A DNA stretch of 64,000 bases from Macrostomum lignano (lineage: Eukaryota), in contig NIVC01000096.1 of NCBI GenBank assembly GCA_002269645.1, forward strand, positions 310,001 through 374,000, written 5' to 3'. Positions 38,707-51,262 of this stretch are shown piece by piece. The notes under the pieces are model-generated. The model did not search any database and was not told where the DNA came from. It saw only the letters and a program-made list of their open reading frames with translations. Position numbers and translations under genes: made by a program. Numbering within the stretch: the stretch's first letter is position 1; each line of letters opens with the position of its first letter.

Positions 38707-40699
38707 TGCACTTATTAATATTCTGTTTTTTTAAATATTTGTAGACTGATAGATAGCAGGAAAATTTTGATTTAACATTGCACAATCGATTGAGCAGTTC
38801 TTAGGTTTGATGACTGGCATTAAAAATGTAAAATTTTTGGATAAAGACCTAATTGCATAAATGCTAGTTCGTCAAGCAATCTCAATTGTATTAGAGACAA
38901 AGCAAAGTAGAGACTTTGGTAAGGATATTTCTTGTTTTTGTTAATAGGATAGGCCACAATAAAGTGTTGATTAATTATAGTTAGCATGTGGTAAATCAGG
39001 TGGCAAATATGGATAGCAAATCAAAAATAAAAATATTCTGCATAATTAAAATTTTCTATCTGGTCATTCTAAATTATCTACTTGCTGGTTGGAATTCTTA
39101 TCAGTGGCTATTACTTGTCTAACTATAACTTTTTACTCTTTTTGTAGTGTGTTATAAAAGAATTCTACTTAAATTTATTGTAGTAAACTAACATATGCAT
39201 ATTCATATTATGGCTATGACATTTTACCAAAGTAATGTTTTTACAAATCATAGAAATCACATTTTAGCAAAGAGTTATATTATATAAAATATAGAATTAT
39301 AATGCAATTTTACAAATCTGATAAATATAAGTAACAAATAAAGAATAAGCTTTTACTTTACAAATTAAAAAAGAAAAATTCTAAGTAATAAAGAAGTAAA
39401 AGAAACAAATCTATTTATGCCTTGTTAGGTCTAATGCTAGGCCTAACCTTATTGTTTTTGAGTTTTGTAACAAAGAAGATAGAATAGAGTTTGGTAGGAT
39501 GCTTTGCAATTGCAACATAGTAAGTATGACAAAGGTAGCCTATGGCTATGTTTTGCTTGCATTACAGTAATATAATTTCAAAAACTTCAATTGCCATTCT
39601 TGTCAACTAAAATGATACAAATCTTGATGAACTTTAGGATACAATTTTTAGGATATAGGATGCAAACATTGCAATGCAAAATATGTTTTATAAAGGATAA
39701 ATATATTATAAAGCTTATTTTTAATAATTAGTTTGCAGGTCATTTTAATATTTATAATCAGATGTAATTTTTTTGAATTGAGCTACAAGTTTTCTTTAAC
39801 AAAATAACACATGCATTCTTATTGTCACTATACACTTTTACCACTTTCTGCTTTTGTGCATTTAGCTACAAATATTCTTGGTCATGGTCAGCTTTTTACC
39901 ATTTTTCTTTAAATAAAATAACATTAATTTTTTGGCATTGTCCAATAAAAAGTAAGCAAATTCTGATTAGTAAAATAATCATACATTTGCAACATTACTG
40001 ACTTACACTGGCTGTGTAACTTACTTTTCAACCAAAAATGTAAATTTCCTTTGAAAGAAAGCTAAGCAAAATAAACATAATTTTGATTAAACAACAAGAG
40101 TAACTATAATAATATTATTTAGACTAAATGCTGCACTATCTAATTAGTACTATATGAACATTACTGGTGCTTTTTTAATAGCCACCTAATTGTAGCCTAT
40201 GAAGTAATTTGCAAATTGTCTTAATACAATGTAGTGAGCTTACTATATAAGTCATGATTCATGAAAGTCTAGAATGCTTATGCCTAGAAGAAAAGTGAAA
40301 TAAATGCAGTGTGATACAATTCGCAATGTATTCTGGGTTTTTTGGCCATATAGGGTTTTTTGGCCCCTTGAAAATCTCATTTGCAACTGGATTTTTGGCA
40401 TCAAAGGCCAATCTGGCAACTTCATTTTCCTTGTACCAGTTGCCAATTAAAAAAATAATATAAGTGTAATATTGTAAGTGTAATAAAAGACTACACGAAA
40501 GTGTAATAAAACTATATAAATCAATGTGATGGAATTATTAGTTTGTTATTATTTGCTAAATTCTAAGTTTATGAAACTAAGAGTATTTTTGCATAGATTC
40601 TTAAATTTGAAGTCAGGCTCTAACAAAAAATTGTTAACAGTTAGGAAAAAGTCAAATAAAAATGGGAGTAAATGCATGTTAAATTACAATTTGAGGCTT

Positions 40700-41270
40700 T
40701 TGAAACTTCTCTTGTCTCTACAATCTCGTCCTCCATTTCCTCTTTTTATTTTTTCTTATTACTTATCCCTCTTCTCTCTTTTCCTTTCTTCTCTTTTCTC
40801 CCCTTTCTTCTCTAAACTCTCATCTCTCCACTCTACTTTCTTATCTCTTCTCACTAATCTCTAATCCCTCCTGTCTTTTCTACTCTCTAATCTCTCCTTA
40901 TATCCTCTTTATCTTCTCTACTCCCATTTACTCTCTCCTTTCATCTCTCTCCTCACTTAGCTTTTCTCTCCTCTTCTATCTTTTCTCTCATTGCATCTCT
41001 TGCCTCTCCTTTGTTTGCTAATCTCTAATCTTCTATTCCCTCTCCTTTGAAGCAAGAAAATCTGCCAACATTTTTGCTAAAGATAAGAGGAGAGAAAAGG
41101 GAAAAGAAAAAATGGGAGAGAGAAGAGGGGAGAAGAGAGAAGGGATCAAAGCAGCAGAGAAGGAAAAGAAGAAGGAAGGAGAGGAGAGAAAAAAGGGAAA
41201 TAGGAGGGAGAGAGAGAAGAGAGGAGAGAAGGTAAAAAAGAAAGGAGAGAAAAGAAATTTTGAGAATGGG
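40700..41270. repeat. CT-rich tract followed by GA-rich tract
   Basis: Pyrimidine tract ~40700-41045, purine tract ~41080-41270. Confidence 0.8.
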
Positions 41271-41289
41271 CTTGAAATTTGAGAACAGT

Positions 41290-41783
41290 TGAGCGAGATT
41301 GAATTCAGTATAGAAAAAATAAATATTTTATTGTGATAGATACAAAAAATATTGTGAAGATGCAATACCAAATTGACAATATCCTCAGCCTAATCAACTG
41401 ACAGTCAACAAGCCAGTGTACACAAACCCTAGCACAGCCTGTAAGCTTTTAGTAATGATACCTTTAAGTTCCAGGCAAGAGGCTTTAGCTTTGTAAATGC
41501 CTGAACTAAATGCAGCCCTGAAATAGTTGTTGCTAGCTACTAGCACATTTTTATGCATAGAAACTAGACCCTGCTAGCACTGAGAGTCAGGGCATAATAG
41601 TCTGAGCATAGCCTGAGCAGGTTGAGCTAGGACAGCAGCTTGGCTAGATAGCCAGTAGCCAACACTATGCAACTCTTTTGGCCAGCTTTGAAGCACTTTT
41701 CTGATGCTGTGGCTGTGGATATGGTTGACAATGTTGAAACTTTACAAATGTTTAGCATCCTGCTAATCTTAGGGAGAAGCCAT
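41290..41783 (-). pseudogene. Hypermutated BTB/POZ (Kelch-like) pseudogene fragment
   Basis: Minus frame from ATG 41783: MASP*D*QDAKHL*...C*QGLVSMHKNVLVASNNYFRAAFSSGIYKAKASCLELKGIITKSLQAVLGFVYTGLLTVS*, then a frameshift to AEDIVNLVLHLH. BTB motifs HKxVL, YFRA.F and F.YTG are present, with multiple in-frame stops. Confidence 0.8.
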
Positions 41784-42001
41784 CTTAGGACAAGACTTCC
41801 TATGGGACCTAAAGGCTACTACTGTTAGAGCAACAGAGATTGTTGTTGTTAATGTGTTAATAAGGTAATGTTAATGAATAATATAATATAATATAATATA
41901 ATAAACCAAAAATTAAAAAAAAGAAACAAAGAGAATTTGATTTATTTGCCTTTAAAAAGATGGATTAGTGATCAAATCTAACTAGACCATTAGCTAGGCC
42001 T

Positions 42002-42646
42002 GGGTACCAGTCGTTTCGGTGACAGACATTTTGGTGACAAATAGTCGTTTTGGTGACAAGTTGCAATTGTGATAGACACACTTCATTTTCAATGAAAAAT
42101 CAAAGATTTCATAAGTACTGTTGTTTTAGTGATAAGAGGCATTTCATAATATTCGGTTGTAGTTATTTTGTTAAGATTTATGTTTCATAATATATTTAAA
42201 AATTTTCATCAAAAGAATATATTTAAAAAAAGAAAGCAAACTAATTATATTGTTTTCTTCCTGTGCAGATCATTTTGAATTGTCCCAGAGTGTTCAGACA
42301 CAAACCATAAACCTATAGAGAATCCTCATGAAATGCAGACCACGAGAAAGGCGGAGATATTCACTCGTTGACGCTTTTGCATGTTTAAATTGGAAAACAT
42401 AATTCAAAAGACCGCAACTCTATAATTGTAAATAAACAAAATTAAATACAGAAATACTTAACTGTTTAAAAAAATATAAAATTTTAGGCTCGATATCCCT
42501 TAAGATTTTCTAAGTAATTTTCTGTTTAAAAACAGAATGGCTATAACTAAAATTGTATTTTTTTGTCACCGAAATGACTTCTGCTTGTCACCAAAATTCA
42601 AAAAGACTGTCACTGAAACATATTGTCACCAAAACGACTGTAATCC
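42002..42646. mobile_element. MITE with GG termini, subterminal repeats and 8-bp TSD (Merlin- or hAT-like)
   Basis: TSD ctaggcct at 41994-42001 and 42647-42654. Inverted ends gggtaccagtcgtttcggtgaca versus tgtcaccaaaacgactgtaatcc, with repeated ttttggtgacaa motifs at both ends. No ORF. Confidence 0.8.
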
Positions 42647-44019
42647 CTAGGCCTATACATAATACATAGTATATAAAAGTATAAAACTGGTATTTATTTT
42701 AGCTATTGTATGCCCTATTCACTATTGTATAAAAAACAATAGTACTATTTATAAGGTCAATGAAAAGGAAAATATATATTAACTTCAATCTTCATATAGG
42801 AGCCTAGACAAATCATTTATTTTCAGTAAGGCCTACTCCTGAATATTTACAGTATGATAATACCAAATAAATCCACTATAAATAAGCTATTGATCTTTAG
42901 TTTAGACCCTATGCTAGAGCTTTAAGTTTAAGTTAAGTTTAAGCTTTAAAACTGCATTTACAAATGTGCCAACCAATAAAACATCTGTCTTAATAAAGAT
43001 CACACCTAAGGCCTAATAATAATAGGCCTAGCTAATACTAGTAATAGCTAATAGGTCTAGGAATGCATCAAATAGCCTAAATAGGCCTACAATTTCAAAA
43101 TAGTACTTGTTATGTTAAAATTAATATTAATAATACTTTTTTAAAATAAATAGGGGCCTTATGCTATCAAATTAAATTTTCAACAAAGCCAAGCCCCACC
43201 TATAAACTAGACATGTGCTGTCTGTCTCATCTCATGTCTGTAGACAAGACATGGTGTTGTGACATGTGCAATTGCAAATATAGCACCTTATCATCCTTAT
43301 GAATATGACTGACATGTGTCAAATAAACCCTAGGCCTTGGACTCTTGAGTCAGAAAATTTTCATGGTAGGCCTAAGCTCTGCTTAAGCTAATCAAATTCA
43401 GCTCCAACAAAGCAGTGGTACCTCATCTCATCATCAGCATAGGCATAGAGGATCTCTTCGAGTTCGACTTCGATCGAGTTCAGACTGGTAAGCAAAAAAT
43501 TTAAAACTCCCGCGCTCAGGGTACGAATTTCCTAGAAAGCATCTTTCGCTAATTCCGAAATATTATCTGTCTATCCCCACTATTTTTAAATTCACAAAAT
43601 AAGTTAAGTTCAAGTAAACGGATTTAATTACAACGCACACTTATTGCGCTAGCTAACTATCAGCAAATCAATTCCTTTTTGTCGAATTCTGGAAAGTTTT
43701 TCTTTCGGTTTAATTAGGTATGGAAGTTTTTCATAGTTGGTGCATTGTATATAAATTGATACTTACTGACCAACTATTAGAATCGCGGTTTGCTACCTTA
43801 TATTAGTATAACATGTCAGCTAGCGCTTATGTGCTTGCATGGTGTACGTACATGTACATGTACATATACATGTATGTACATGTTGAGTCGATCGAGTCGA
43901 GCTTCTTTCGAAATCGATATTTCCTAAAAAGTGAGCCTCCACATCCCGTGCGCAATTTCAGAGCTAAGTATAAGGGTCCGGGCCCAAAAATAAAGTGCCC
44001 TCTGTCTGATGTTCATGAC

Positions 44020-44208
44020 CAGCTGGGAGCTGGTACGGATCCAGAAAATTTTGAACGGGGGGCGCAGATTACTAAGGTACATGTATGTATATCATGTACA
44101 TTGTATATGCACACGATAATGTGTATTTTCCATATAAAAAATATAAAAAATTCTAACTCGACGGTTGGGGGCGCGTGCTCTGTACGCCTGCCCCTAAATA
44201 CGCCACTG
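44020..44208. mobile_element. Small hAT-like MITE
   Basis: CAG...CTG termini; right end cccctaaatacgccactg; 8-bp TSD ttcatgac / ctcatgac with one mismatch. Confidence 0.6.
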
Positions 44209-45665
44209 CTCATGACATTCTAAATGTCAAATTTCATTCATGTTCATGTAATGCATGTAAGTGATCGATTAAGTGCTTGACGCAATCACACAGTGCAGTG
44301 CTATCAGTGATACATGTTTTTCATGTGTGCACTAGTTTTAGGCAAAGTTAACTATGATCTTCGCAGGTTTTCATGCTGGCCAATTTTCTACGAAAATATA
44401 TACATACGCGCATACATGTTATATTATGTATATGTATCATACTTATACACGCTATTATAGCTAACAACTTATGCATGTTTTTTATTCAGTAGTACGAGAC
44501 CGAGTAGTATTGCAATTATAATCTTCAAAAGGATTTGACACTAGAGTCTCTAAAACTCAGAGATAATGCAGGAGGCAGGGAACAGTGGGGCAACTGACCC
44601 CAGACATTGATGATTAATATCATCTTCAAGTTCAATGTAATGGGAGATCGAGGACATAAGTACATGATGTATTAGATTCATTTATTAGATAATTTTTTAG
44701 CGTATTTTCCTTATACTCCTACTGCATGGCAGTAGAGTTATAAAATAAAAGTTTAGTATAATTTAGGCTGGGTATTTTTTGTACGTTTCGTACTTAAACA
44801 ATTATCGATATACCAGTTTTTATGTTTATATATGGTACAAGTATTTCGTGGGGGTCTAGCCATATAAATATAAATATACTGGAGCGGTCTATATAGCTCA
44901 CTACTTCTCTGCTGCAACTGCAAGTACAACTGTACGTAATAACCAACAGCATCCAGTCGAGGTCAACTGCCCCCCTGTTAAAAAAGGGCTTCGAAAAAAT
45001 TTTCTTTGAAAAACTATACAGACGTCCGGTGGTTTCTGCTCGCTCTACTTTTTTGATTCCACGAAACTCTTCCGTTAAAATTATCTTAAGCTTTTATCAA
45101 TGATTTCAACTCCCCAAAACTCAAACTTCCCCTCGGCATTAAAAAGTTTCATCAAATTAACAAATTTTCGTTAAAGCATCTCGCAGCAATCGTTCTCAAC
45201 CTCAGGAGAACTAAACCCTTCAGGATTTCAAGTCCGCCCCAGCTCTTGGTACACTTTAATCCGAGTTAAGTCCAGCCCCATTAACCTTATCGATTCTAGC
45301 GAATGCAACGGTTCAGAATGCAATTTAAAAGGATTTTCTTGGCAAGATTTGATCATGATTTTTGCCAGTTCAACTTCTACAGCGACTGAGCTTCTCAGTT
45401 CTAAAAATGTAGATTTTAATTTGATTCAGGACATACCTAATCCTCGATTGATGCCATGCTTTAACAAACTTGAGCGAGCTGTCCCGAACTTAATTTGTAT
45501 TTTTCTGCTTTCATCGGATCGGCACTTAAATTATGAGTTGTATTGTATTTCTAGTTTCCTAAAAGGATGCGAAGCTGTTTTCTGTGTTTTGTTGATGTTG
45601 ATGTTCATGAGCATGTGAAAGATGCTGTCCTGTCCCGTGCTGTGCTGTTTTGTGCTGTACCAATG

Positions 45666-46248
45666 CAGGGGCGCCAGCACCAGGGGCGCCAGCACCAGGG
45701 GCGCCAGCACCAGGGGCGCCAGCACCAGGGGCGCCAGCACCAGGGGCGCCAGCACCAGGGGCGCCAGCACCAGGGGCGCCAGCACCAGGGGCGCCAGCAC
45801 CAGGGGCGCCAGCACCAGGGGCGCCAGCACCAGGGGCGCCAGCACCAGGGGCGCCAGCACCAGGGGCGCCAGCACCAGGGGCGCCAGCACCAGGGGCGCC
45901 AGCACCAGGGGCGCCAGCACCAGGGGCGCCAGCACCAGGGGCGCCAGCACCAGGGGCGCCAGCACCAGGGGCGCCAGCACCAGGGGCGCCAGCACCAGGG
46001 GCGCCAGCACCAGGGGCGCCAGCACCAGGGGCGCCAGCACCAGGGGCGCCAGCACCAGGGGCGCCAGCACCAGGGGCGCCAGCACCAGGGGCGCCAGCAC
46101 CAGGGGCGCCAGCACCAGGGGCGCCAGCACCAGGAGCTTTAGCTCCAGGGGCGCCAGCGCCAGGGGCGCCAGCACCAGGGGCGCCAGCACCAGGGGCGCC
46201 AGCACCAGGGGCGCCAGCGCCAGGGGCGCCAGCACCAGGGGCACCCCT
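45666..46248 (+). repeat. 15-bp minisatellite caggggcgccagcac
   Basis: About 38 almost identical units. Confidence 0.96.
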
Positions 46249-47194
46249 GATATTGATGTAACCGGCTTATTGAAAAATAAGTTTACTATCGAATGAGTTT
46301 AAATTACGCTAATTAACAAACTTGACCACAAAAATATGGTAATGTGGTTTAACCATCCTTCTATACACTGACTTTGGTTCCCAGCTCGGGCGCTGAGCTT
46401 TCTCTATCATGTCGCGAGTCTCAATCTGTCAGATGATCGAGACTGCCAATTGCGTGTAAATACCACCCAAAGCTGGCCAATCCTGGACTCAGCACAAGTG
46501 AGTTTGCTATAGGAGTGTCTAACGGGATTCCGATTCTGCTGCAAATTGCAACGGAGAGTGGAATTGAGTAGCCAAACCAGCCAACCGCCGGAGGATAGCA
46601 GCTCGCGGAGATTCCTCCGGATGAGCTGGTAGACAAGAAAGCAAAAGACAGCTGCTAGTGGCTACATAAGTAAGGAGAAGGGAAAGAGACTAAAATGATG
46701 TATTAATCCTGACTTAATCTGGCCTAGATGAGCTATCTATAGGCGCTGAGCACACAGTAAATGGTTCCCAGCTGAAGAGAAACCAGATGGGAGTTCTCTA
46801 TCCACACCACCCACCGCGGGCCGCTATAGATACATATTAGGACTTGACAAAGTTTTCACGCAAGCAAGCCGCAGTCACACAATCAATCACTCAGCCAATT
46901 GATCCAGGAAATTACTACTCGCTAATGAGGCACACAGGCGGGTGGATGGACGCTGTTGGACCGACTAGGGGACTCCAGAATCGAGCCATCGCGATCTAGC
47001 TAGCCTTATCCTTAGACTTCGCTGATCCCTTCTTCTCACTTTCTCCGCTAAGCCTACTTTGAACACTCGCCCGCTGTGTCTGTCTCTTAGTCAGGCCTTC
47101 ATTTTATCATATCTGCTCAATTCTCTTTTAGCTTCTCTGCCCGGACAATGTCACCAATTCAAGCTGCATGGACCGAGAGAATGCATGTCTACAG

Positions 47195-48350
<1,156 letters not shown>

Positions 48351-49409
48351 TCTCTTGCCTGTGTGTCTAATTCTGTCTGATTGCGAATCAGGGACCGTGG
48401 CGCGAGAGTCAGCCAGTTAACCTTACCCGTCTGGGTCAAAGCAGAAGTGTTTAAGGGTTATACCACAGAAGCATCTTAGGAATTCTGAAAAAAACGACAG
48501 TTGGATTATAATGACCGCTACTGTAACAGGTCAGAGACACTGACTGATCAATTATGCAGTTTTAATTGCTGCTTTCAGAAGCTCGGATGGACGGTATAGC
48601 TGCAGACGATCGGTTGCTAACCAGCCGATAAAAATGGTTGCAAGAATAGAGAAAATGTTTGTTTGCAGGCCGCCGACTCCTCCCATCAGTTTGATCGTGG
48701 CGGGTGCAGCGGGCGGAACAGTTTCCAAACTGCACGGTCCCGACAGCTGTCTGCAATTGTTCAATCGTCATCAGTTATTTTTGCTGGCCGTGCCTTTAAA
48801 GAGCAATTCACTCGAGAATGCTGCATAGGGGTTGAGGCACTTAAAAGCGCGGCGATAGGAACTTAACGCAGTTGTCGTAAAAACATGTTCACCTGAGGAG
48901 TAAAATGGGGGAAAACAGGAATTCTTAGTTTTTGAAATGACCAAATTTAGTGCCTTTGGAAAACAAAGACCTTTTTTAAAGGGTTCCGGCGCAAAGCGAC
49001 TTCTCTTGTCCGGCATTTTAATCGGATGCCTGTCGCGCAGACACTCATTGTTGAAATTGTCTGAACCCATGCAACATTATCCTCCAATTTTCCTTTCATA
49101 TCCCAAGAAGCTTATAATTTTAGCTCACTTTTGCGCCCGAGCGAGTTTGGACAAATTTGACAAATGGTCAAGATGGCCCGGGCTCTCTTAGCTCGCTCCG
49201 GTTATTAGAAAGGGACAGTTTTGTCCGATGTTCTGAATTTAGGCCTTATCGAAATTTTCTTTCTGGAAACTGAAAACTTCTGTGAGTTTCTTCACGTAGT
49301 TTCAGTGAATTGATCTGACCAAACTTTCATTGAAATTTTTTTAAATATTACGGATGTACATATTCTAGCGCAATTTAAAAATGTACAAGCACCCAGCACG
49401 TCAGCAGAG

Positions 49410-49582
49410 TGGCGCCACCGGTGCTGGCGCCCCCGGTGCTGGCGCCCCCGGTGCTGGCGCCCCCGGTGCTGGCGCCCCCGGTGCTGGCGCCCCCGGTGCT
49501 GGCGCCCCCGGTGCTGGCGCCCCCGGTGCTGGCGCCCCCGGTGCTGGCGACCCCGGTGCTGGCGCCCCCGGTGCTGGCGCCC
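49410..49582 (-). repeat. 15-bp minisatellite ccggtgctggcgccc (inverted relative of the 45.7-kb array)
   Basis: About 11 units. Confidence 0.93.
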
Positions 49583-50996
49583 AATAATTTTGATAAACAT
49601 TCAGGATGACAAGCTTTTTGTCGTATTACAGTGATATCGTTGCTGCTTGAAATGTTTTCAAAATAGGTTGAAAATCTTAAAAGACTTTGAAATTAAGGTA
49701 GCAAGCTGTGCATAAATTCTAAGAAAGTAAAGAAGTTGAGGCGATTAAAATACTCATTTAAACTCAATTTTAACGGCAACTCTCCAACTCGAAAACACAA
49801 CTCGAATTCTTTATCTTGGACTGCGGATTTTTTCGAATCGTTTTAGCGCCAGTCGAGAAAGCAGGAAGGTAGGAAGGCAAGCCGCGGGCCGCCCGCCACA
49901 CGGGAAAGGATTTCAAAGTTTTGATGGATTCACACCAGGTGTCTAACAAGGCCCCCCTCGGCGCTTTTGACATCTGTGACCGCCCTCCCCCCTAATTCTC
50001 CTCCCCCTTTTTTCTTTTATTTATCTCTTAAACTGTTTCCTCACTCCACTCTCCCCCACTCTTCCCTCATCCGTAGAGGTGTGCATGTGTTGTGTGTGGG
50101 TTCCCCGGACCCATTTAGACTGTCGCGCAAGCAATCCATGCAGAGGCCAAGCAATTTATGACGAAGAGCCCATGGGCCAGCTAATAGGCCACTAGCTAGT
50201 CTTCTGACCACACTAATTCCTTTGCTTGCCTCTTCCAAAACAAATACACCTAATGGGGCTGCTGCTAAGCCACTTAACAGCTTAACAACTTTTAACACCG
50301 AAAGCTGGGGCCAAACTAGACAGACCAGAAATCCGCCTCTATAACTCCGTCTCTAAGGCCGCAGAATATCTTATTATAACAGGAATGTCAACCCCATGCA
50401 GCCTTACTAATGGGGCTCATAAGAGATAGTGGCCCCGTTCTCTTCATTCTTAAGTTGTGACTTTCGAACTTAGCGGATCTGTCTATGCCTGTCTACCCGC
50501 CTGTCTGCCCGCCTGTCTGTTCCCCGTGTCATTGCTCGTTTATCACTGACCACTTTGCATTGCCACTGAGGTAAGGAGGTTTCTAAGCTGGGTTGCCGAG
50601 AAACCGCTGCCACTCTGCGCGTCTACCACCTACCTTTCTCTGCCTTCCTGACGGCCCCGCCTCCCCCCGCACACGGCCCGAAACTGAAAATTCGTGGCCC
50701 ATCAATTTTCAAACCGGTTATGTCCGGGAGAAGTCATGGCCATACCTTGGCAACTAGGATTTTTGCGTGTTCATAGGACTTTGCCTTGTGCAGTTGTCAT
50801 TAGTGAGCAGTGATAAGCCAAATAAATATACCAAAGTCGTCACTGATAATCAGTATGTTAATTTTCTAATTGGAGATTTGCTACTTGCTACCTGCTTATC
50901 ATCTGCAACCGAAAGCCATATATTTTTATCGATGTCTCTCATTCTCAAACTCTTATCTGGGCTCTTAAGGTCGTTCCGTATATTTAGTTTCTTTTG

Positions 50997-51262
50997 GATT
51001 CTATCAGACCTTTACTCAGGATTCTATCAGGCCTTACTTAGGATTCTATCAGACCTCAACTCAGGATTCTATCAGACCTTAACCCAGGATTCTATCAGAC
51101 CTTACTCAGGATTCTATCAGACCTTACTCAGGATTCTATCAGATCTTACTCAGGATTCTATCAGACCTTACTCAGAATTCTATCAGACCTTACTCAGAAT
51201 TCTATCAGACCTTACTCAGAATTCTATCAGACCTTACTCAGAATTCTATCAGACCTTACTCA
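50997..51262 (+). repeat. 22-bp minisatellite gattctatcagaccttactcag
   Basis: About 12 units. Confidence 0.92.

Larger units (their letters stand above)
38871..43458. other. CpG-depleted, TpA-enriched hypermutated domain
   Basis: Manual count: 4 CpG in 38872-42001 (40322, 40496, 40727, 41294) and none in 42647-43458. CpG returns abruptly at 43459. Confidence 0.9.

Noticed and set aside
46440-46800. Possible decayed non-LTR retrotransposon C-terminus (DKKAKDSC*WLHK*GEGKET)
   Set aside because: Only vague motif resemblance, many stops, and no RT or endonuclease core seen.
48552-48764. Transmembrane-like minus-strand ORF (IFSILATIFIGWLATDRL)
   Set aside because: No convincing splice sites or partner exons; similarity to MFS motifs is too short.
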